The translations under genes were made by a program, and so were the position numbers. 48,770 nucleotides of DNA from a virus. The stretch lies in IMG/VR virus record IMGVR_UViG_3300006802_000085, positions 32,001 through 80,770 of that record; one strand, given 5' to 3'. The notes beneath the pieces are model-generated. The model was given only the letters and a program-made list of their open reading frames with translations, was not told the origin of the DNA and did not search any database. Numbering within the stretch: position 1 is the stretch's first letter; each line of letters starts with the position of its first letter. Positions 44,428 through 48,770 of the stretch are shown here, piece after piece.

Positions 44428-44921
44428 GTGCGTCTACCCGGGTAAACGCGGGCGAGCTACTGCTCGACGCCGGCGCCGCGCCAGGCATCGCCGGCGCGTT
44501 GTCGCGCGCGTTCGACTGCATGGCCATCGCCGAGGAGGAGATCGCTCGCGCGATCGCGAGCTGCCCGCGTCGGCGCAAGTCGCTCAACGCCGCGTTCAAG
44601 GACCTCTACCCCGGGGAGCTATCTGCGTTCTCCGAGGACGTGTACCGGAGCCACTGCCGGGAGCTGCTCGGGCGCGTGAAGCGGCGCGAGTGCGTGCGCG
44701 CGGGGACGGATGCGGAGGTGTTGGCGGCGCTCAGCGCGGCGTCGCTCAAGGCGCCGCTCGCCTCCGACTACGCCCACGCCATGACCACGGTGTTTATGCG
44801 CGTGTTGCCGCGCGCGGCGGCTGCGATCGGGGACGCGGGCGCGGAGCCGTGGCCAGGCCGGACCGAGGAGATCATCACCGAGCTACGGCGCAAGACGGCG
44901 CGAGACCGAGGGGGCGAGTGA
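44424..44921 (+). CDS. Hypothetical protein (starts VSASTRVNA)
   Basis: GTGA coupling; YRSHCRELL.RV motif. Confidence 0.6.
   Translation: MSASTRVNAGELLLDAGAAPGIAGALSRAFDCMAIAEEEIARAIASCPRRRKSLNAAFKDLYPGELSAFSEDVYRSHCRELLGRVKRRECVRAGTDAEVLAALSAASLKAPLASDYAHAMTTVFMRVLPRAAAAIGDAGAEPWPGRTEEIITELRRKTARDRGGE
44432..44447. repeat. Palindrome copy 9, at a gene start
   Basis: Read directly. Confidence 0.95.
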
Positions 44922-45757
44922 TGCCGAAGATCCCGGACGTGGACGCGCGCCCGTTCGTGAAGTGGGCGGGTGGCAAGCGTTCGCTCTTGCCGCGGCTCGT
45001 CGAGCACGAGTACGTGCCCGCGCACTTCGGCACCTACTACGAGCCGTTCGTGGGCGGGGGCGCGCTCTTCTTCTCGCTCTACAACAGGGGGCGGATCCGG
45101 CGCGCGCACCTGAACGACGCCAACGCCCGGCTCATGACGACGTACGCGGCCGTGCGCGACGACGTGGAGGCGGTCGTGCGCCGGCTGAGGCGCAAGCGCA
45201 ACGACGAGGCATGCTACCTGCGCGAGCGCGCGCGACCGCGCACCGAGGACCCGGCGACGGTCGCGGCGTGGATGATCTACGTCAACCACGTCTGCTTCAA
45301 CGGGCTCTACCGCGTGAACAAGAGCGGCGACTTCAACGTGCCGTTCGGGCACTACGCCAACCCGACCATCTGCGACGCCGACAACCTGCGCCGGGCCGCG
45401 GCGGCGCTCGCCGACGCGAGCATAACGAGCCTCGACTTCGAGGCGGCGCTGTCGATAAGGCCACGGCCCGTCGCCGGCGACTTCGTCTACTTCGACCCGC
45501 CCTACCTCACGCGCACGGGCGCGGAGTTCACGGCGTACACGAGCGACGGGTTCGGGCTCGGCGACCACCAGCGGCTCCGCGATCTTGCGCTCGCGCTCAA
45601 GCGTGAGGGGGTGCACGTGCTCATCAGCAACAGCGACACCGACGAGTCGCGCCGGCTCTACCGCACCGGGTTCCAGATCCGGGAGGTGATGGGTCAGAGG
45701 AGCGTGGGCGGTCACGCCGCGAGGAAGGGTCGCGTCGGCGACTTGCTGGTGTGGTGA
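44921..45757 (+). CDS. dam: Dam-family (D12 class) adenine methyltransferase
   Basis: KWAGGK, YEPFVGGG, LNDAN, FNGLYRVNKSG.FNVPFG, YFDPPY, ISNS. Confidence 0.9.
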   Translation: MPKIPDVDARPFVKWAGGKRSLLPRLVEHEYVPAHFGTYYEPFVGGGALFFSLYNRGRIRRAHLNDANARLMTTYAAVRDDVEAVVRRLRRKRNDEACYLRERARPRTEDPATVAAWMIYVNHVCFNGLYRVNKSGDFNVPFGHYANPTICDADNLRRAAAALADASITSLDFEAALSIRPRPVAGDFVYFDPPYLTRTGAEFTAYTSDGFGLGDHQRLRDLALALKREGVHVLISNSDTDESRRLYRTGFQIREVMGQRSVGGHAARKGRVGDLLVW

Positions 45758-45766
45758 CGGGTAAGA

Positions 45767-45862
45767 ATCGCCAAGGCGCGCATCACCAAAGGCGGCGTGC
45801 TCTCGCGCCTCGACCGCAACAAGCGCAAGTCGGTGACAAAGAAGAAGGGGCGACGAACATGA
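45767..45862 (+). pseudogene. Orphan copy of the beta-MTase C-terminal tail, in frame after the dam stop
   Basis: IAKARITKGGVLSRLDRNKRK versus IARARITRGGVLSRLDRKKK at the end of 38315-39664. Confidence 0.75.
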
Positions 45863-46254
45863 GCAAGGCGAAGGCGAGCGGTGAAGGCAAGAAGTTCGAC
45901 GAAAACAAGCTACGATACGACCTCGTCGACGCGCATGCGCACGCGGAGATGGTGGCGGTGCTCACGTACGGCGCGGAGCTGTACGGTGACGGCAATTGGC
46001 GCGGCGTGTCGACGAAGCGGTACATGGACGCGCTGATGCGTCACGTGGAGGCGTGGCGCGTTGGTGAGATCGTCGACCCGGACACGGGCCTTCACCACCT
46101 CGCGCACGCCGCCTGCTGCGTCCACTTCCTGCTCGGGCTCGCGATAGACGAGGCGGAGGTCGACACGGTGTTCGCCAAGCCGGTGCGACTCCGGTACGCG
46201 CTAGAGCGCGCGCGCGAGATCAAGCGGAGGCGAGATGGCGCCGACGACGCATGA
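45859..46254 (+). CDS. dATP/dGTP diphosphohydrolase-like (DUF5664-type) protein
   Basis: GKKFDENKLRYDLV, VLTYGA..YG..NWRG, DALMRH, DPDTGLHHLAHA. Confidence 0.8.
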   Translation: MSKAKASGEGKKFDENKLRYDLVDAHAHAEMVAVLTYGAELYGDGNWRGVSTKRYMDALMRHVEAWRVGEIVDPDTGLHHLAHAACCVHFLLGLAIDEAEVDTVFAKPVRLRYALERAREIKRRRDGADDA

Positions 46255-46774
46255 GCAGATGGTCGCGCTCGCGGCGCGGTGGCTCCGTCGCACGGGTCAC
46301 CGCGTCGTGCTCTCGGACGTGCGCACGCTCGCGACCACGGAGCAGCCGGACGCCATCGGCTGGCGGGGCAACGGCACGTCGTCGCTCGTGGAGTGCAAGG
46401 TCTCGCGCGCCGACTTCCTGCGCGACCGCGCCAAGTGGTTCCGGCGTCGGCGCGAGCAGGGGATGGGTCAGATGCGTTGGTTCGCGGCGCCGGCGGGGAT
46501 GCTCACGCGCGACGACGTTCCCACGCGATGGGGCGTGTTGGAGCTGCACCCACGCGCGCGCTCGCTTCGGATCGCGTTCGCCGCCGTGCGCGTGGACGAG
46601 TACGCCGAGCACGCCGAGCGGATGCTGCTCGTGACCGCGCTCGCGCGCGCGACCGAGGGGTGGGGCCGTCGGATGTTCTTCGAGGACGGAGACCCCGGCC
46701 CGGCGACGTCGCGGGTGCTGCGCGATCTACGGGCAGAGAACGCGCGGCTGCGCGAGGAGCTGAAGCGACGATGA
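46235..46774 (+). CDS. PD-(D/E)XK nuclease-like protein (MmcB-like)
   Basis: EQPDAIG, LVECKVSRADFLRD, WG; SD GGAGG. Confidence 0.7.
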   Translation: MAPTTHEQMVALAARWLRRTGHRVVLSDVRTLATTEQPDAIGWRGNGTSSLVECKVSRADFLRDRAKWFRRRREQGMGQMRWFAAPAGMLTRDDVPTRWGVLELHPRARSLRIAFAAVRVDEYAEHAERMLLVTALARATEGWGRRMFFEDGDPGPATSRVLRDLRAENARLREELKRR

Positions 46775-46834
46775 TCGGGCAACCGCCACGAGCGGCGCTG
46801 ACGCGCGGCGAGACGACGCCGCGGCCGCTGACGC

Positions 46835-46850
46835 GTCTACCCGGGTAAAC
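46835..46850. repeat. Palindrome copy 10
   Basis: Read directly. Confidence 0.95.
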
Positions 46851-46996
46851 GTCGGCGCCACCACACCCCAAAACGCGAGAAACCTCACGCAGGGTTTACT
46901 GAGGTTTATCCCTGCCCAGCACACGAGCGTAACCCCCCTCCCGACCCCATCAGGGTAGGGACGTGCGGAATGGTTGGTAGGCGGTTGGTCGGCACG

Positions 46997-47722
46997 ATGC
47001 CGGCACCGGATAGAGAACGAGCCGAACGCGACGACGAGGAGCGTAGAGCCCGAGAGTTGGAGCGACGAGTGGCGAAACGTGTACGCCGGGCCGTCGCGGA
47101 CAAGCTCGCGCCAGACCCTCCGCCGCGCCGCAAGCGAAGGGCGGCGGCGCTGCACAACGACCGGCAGCAGATCGCCACGGCGGAGCGCGCGGCCGAGGCG
47201 CTCTTCCTGAGGCGCAACGGCGCGAGCTACGACGCCATCGCGAAGCGGCTCGGGGTCTCGCCGGCGACGGCGGCGAAGGTGGTGCGCGACGCCATCGCCG
47301 CCATCCCCCGCGACGACGCCGAGCAGCACCGGCAGCGGCAGATCATGGCGCTGGAGTCGCGGGAGCTGGACGCGCACACGATCATCGGCGACCTGAAGCG
47401 CCGACTGTCGCAGCTCTCGCCGGACGACCACCGGCACGCGGTCGCGTACACGAACGCGATCCGGGGACTGCACGATCTGCTCACGCGCATCGGCGAGTCG
47501 CTGGCCAAGCTCACGGGCGCGAACGCTCCCATCCGACACGAGGTCTCGGTGCCGCCAAACGCTGCGGCCGTGCGCGACATGACCGATGACGAACTACGGA
47601 AGATCGCGAGCGGGGACTTCTCGCCTATCGCCCGAGGAGGAGCAGTGGCAGTGGATGGCGCTCGCGCGCTCGGAGATGATCCGGCGCGCGACGGCGAACG
47701 AGATCGCGAGCGAACGCACTAG
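46997..47722 (+). CDS. Terminase small subunit (HTH)
   Basis: LRRNGASYDAIAKRLGVS HTH; AKLTGANAP.RHEV...MTDDEL; adjacent to TerL. Confidence 0.7.
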   Translation: MPAPDRERAERDDEERRARELERRVAKRVRRAVADKLAPDPPPRRKRRAAALHNDRQQIATAERAAEALFLRRNGASYDAIAKRLGVSPATAAKVVRDAIAAIPRDDAEQHRQRQIMALESRELDAHTIIGDLKRRLSQLSPDDHRHAVAYTNAIRGLHDLLTRIGESLAKLTGANAPIRHEVSVPPNAAAVRDMTDDELRKIASGDFSPIARGGAVAVDGARALGDDPARDGERDRERTH

Positions 47723-48770
47723 GCTCATCGACCTCCCGCTGCTGGACTTCATCCCCGCGCTCACGCCCTCGGTCATGGGCGAGGCCACGGAGCGGCCCGA
47801 GCATCTTCGCCCCATCGCCAAGCTCTTCGACCGCATCACTCAAGGCGAGGAAGTGCGCGCGCTCGTGAGCGTGCCGCCTCAGTTCGGCAAGACGTTCACG
47901 ATCTTGCACGGCATCGCGCAGCTTCTCGGCAGGCGACCGCACACGCCCGTCATCTACACGAGTTACGGCGACGCCGTCGCGCGGGACAAGAGCCGCGAGT
48001 GCCGCGACTACGCGCGGCGCGCGGGCGTGAGCACCCGCAAGGACGCCGACGCTATGAGCGCGTGGCTGACGGCGGAGGGCGGTGGCCTTCGCGCGCGAGG
48101 CGTAGGCAGCGCCGTGACCGGTAGCCCAGCAAAGCTCCTCATCGTCGACGACCCGCACAAGGACCGGCGCGACGCCGAGAGCCCGCTGCAGCGCGCGCGA
48201 GTGCGGGACTGGTTCACGAGCACTGCGATGACGCGCGTGCATCCGGGCGCGAGCGTCATTGTCAACGCCACACGCTGGCACCCCGACGATCTCATCGGCA
48301 CGCTGGCGAAGGAGCGACGCGAGGACGGTACCCCGCGATGGGAGCACATCAACCTCCCCGCGATCTTGCCCGACGGTCGACCGCTATGGCACCGGCGACC
48401 GCTCTCCTTCTTGGAGCAGCACCGCGCGAACGAATACGATTGGTGGAGCCTCTGGATGGGGCAGCCGCGCGGCCGCGGCAACGCCGTCTTTCGCGCGGAC
48501 ATGGTTCGGTTCTACGACCGCCTCCCTGCGCGTTACCGCGTGGGCAAAGGAGTTGACCTCGCGTACACGAGCAAGACGAGTGCGTGCCACAGCGTCGGGC
48601 TCACGCTGTTGGAGGACGAGGGACTCTACTACGTCGTCGACGTGCGGCGCGCGCAGCAACGCACGCGTGAGTTCGCGGCGTTGCTCCGAACCGTCGCCTA
48701 CCCGGGGTCGTGGCACTGGTTCGCGAGCAGTACCGAGCGCGGTCTCGCCGACTTGATGGGTGAGATCGAC
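47655..48770 (+). CDS. Terminase large subunit, 3'-truncated by the window (start uncertain: 47586, 47655 or 47676)
   Basis: My translation: VSVPPQFGKT, GVGSAVTG, LLIVDDPHKD, TRWHPDDL, GVDLA; missing from the ORF track because it has no stop in the window. Confidence 0.9.
   Translation, partial: MALARSEMIRRATANEIASERTRLIDLPLLDFIPALTPSVMGEATERPEHLRPIAKLFDRITQGEEVRALVSVPPQFGKTFTILHGIAQLLGRRPHTPVIYTSYGDAVARDKSRECRDYARRAGVSTRKDADAMSAWLTAEGGGLRARGVGSAVTGSPAKLLIVDDPHKDRRDAESPLQRARVRDWFTSTAMTRVHPGASVIVNATRWHPDDLIGTLAKERREDGTPRWEHINLPAILPDGRPLWHRRPLSFLEQHRANEYDWWSLWMGQPRGRGNAVFRADMVRFYDRLPARYRVGKGVDLAYTSKTSACHSVGLTLLEDEGLYYVVDVRRAQQRTREFAALLRTVAYPGSWHWFASSTERGLADLMGEID

Noticed and set aside
777-48716. 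Long minus-strand ORFs (e.g. 777-2321, 22904-25015, 25160-27277, 35547-36944)
   Set aside because: Antisense shadows of well-supported + strand genes, expected at high GC3; no recognisable motifs
1-48770. tRNA/rRNA genes, integrase, transposase
   Set aside because: None recognised by eye; intergenic spaces are short and explained by promoters or hairpins (no tRNA scan was run)
1-48770. Alternative genetic code (stop reassignment)
   Set aside because: Conserved genes are full length under code 11 and TGA/TAG/TAA all end genes at sensible positions; only the dam stop is ambiguous

Overview
A high-GC tailed dsDNA phage (Caudoviricetes-like) genome segment in which every credible gene is on the + strand. 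In order: a six-gene sugar-biosynthesis/glycosyltransferase operon (1-7903); two putative peptidoglycan hydrolases; an AT-rich hairpin-bearing putative origin (~12240-12340); a complete replication/recombination module (SF2 helicase, DnaB-like helicase, primase, UvrD, sigma-like factor, family-B DNA polymerase, SSB-like protein, RecA, split SbcD, SbcC, RuvC, ParB-like); two DNA methyltransferases; two clusters of tiny early-type genes; and the terminase genes (TerL truncated by the window end). Three families of repeated cis-elements lie over the genes: (i) ten copies of a 16-bp palindrome GT(T/C)TACCCGGGTA(A/G)AC, kept even inside coding sequence and in different reading frames; (ii) eight sigma70-like promoter cassettes, two of which lie in an exact 106-bp direct repeat flanking one small gene; (iii) about ten (C)GCGCCATAACCC elements, five of them exactly 8 nt before a start codon (apparently leaderless). 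At protein level, several replication proteins share an N-terminal M-[KR]-[TK]-R-S-E tag, PolB ends in a clamp-motif plus DnaE-like tail, and the SSB-like protein ends in the bacterial DDDIPF motif. All functional calls come from reading motifs by eye; no database search was run.
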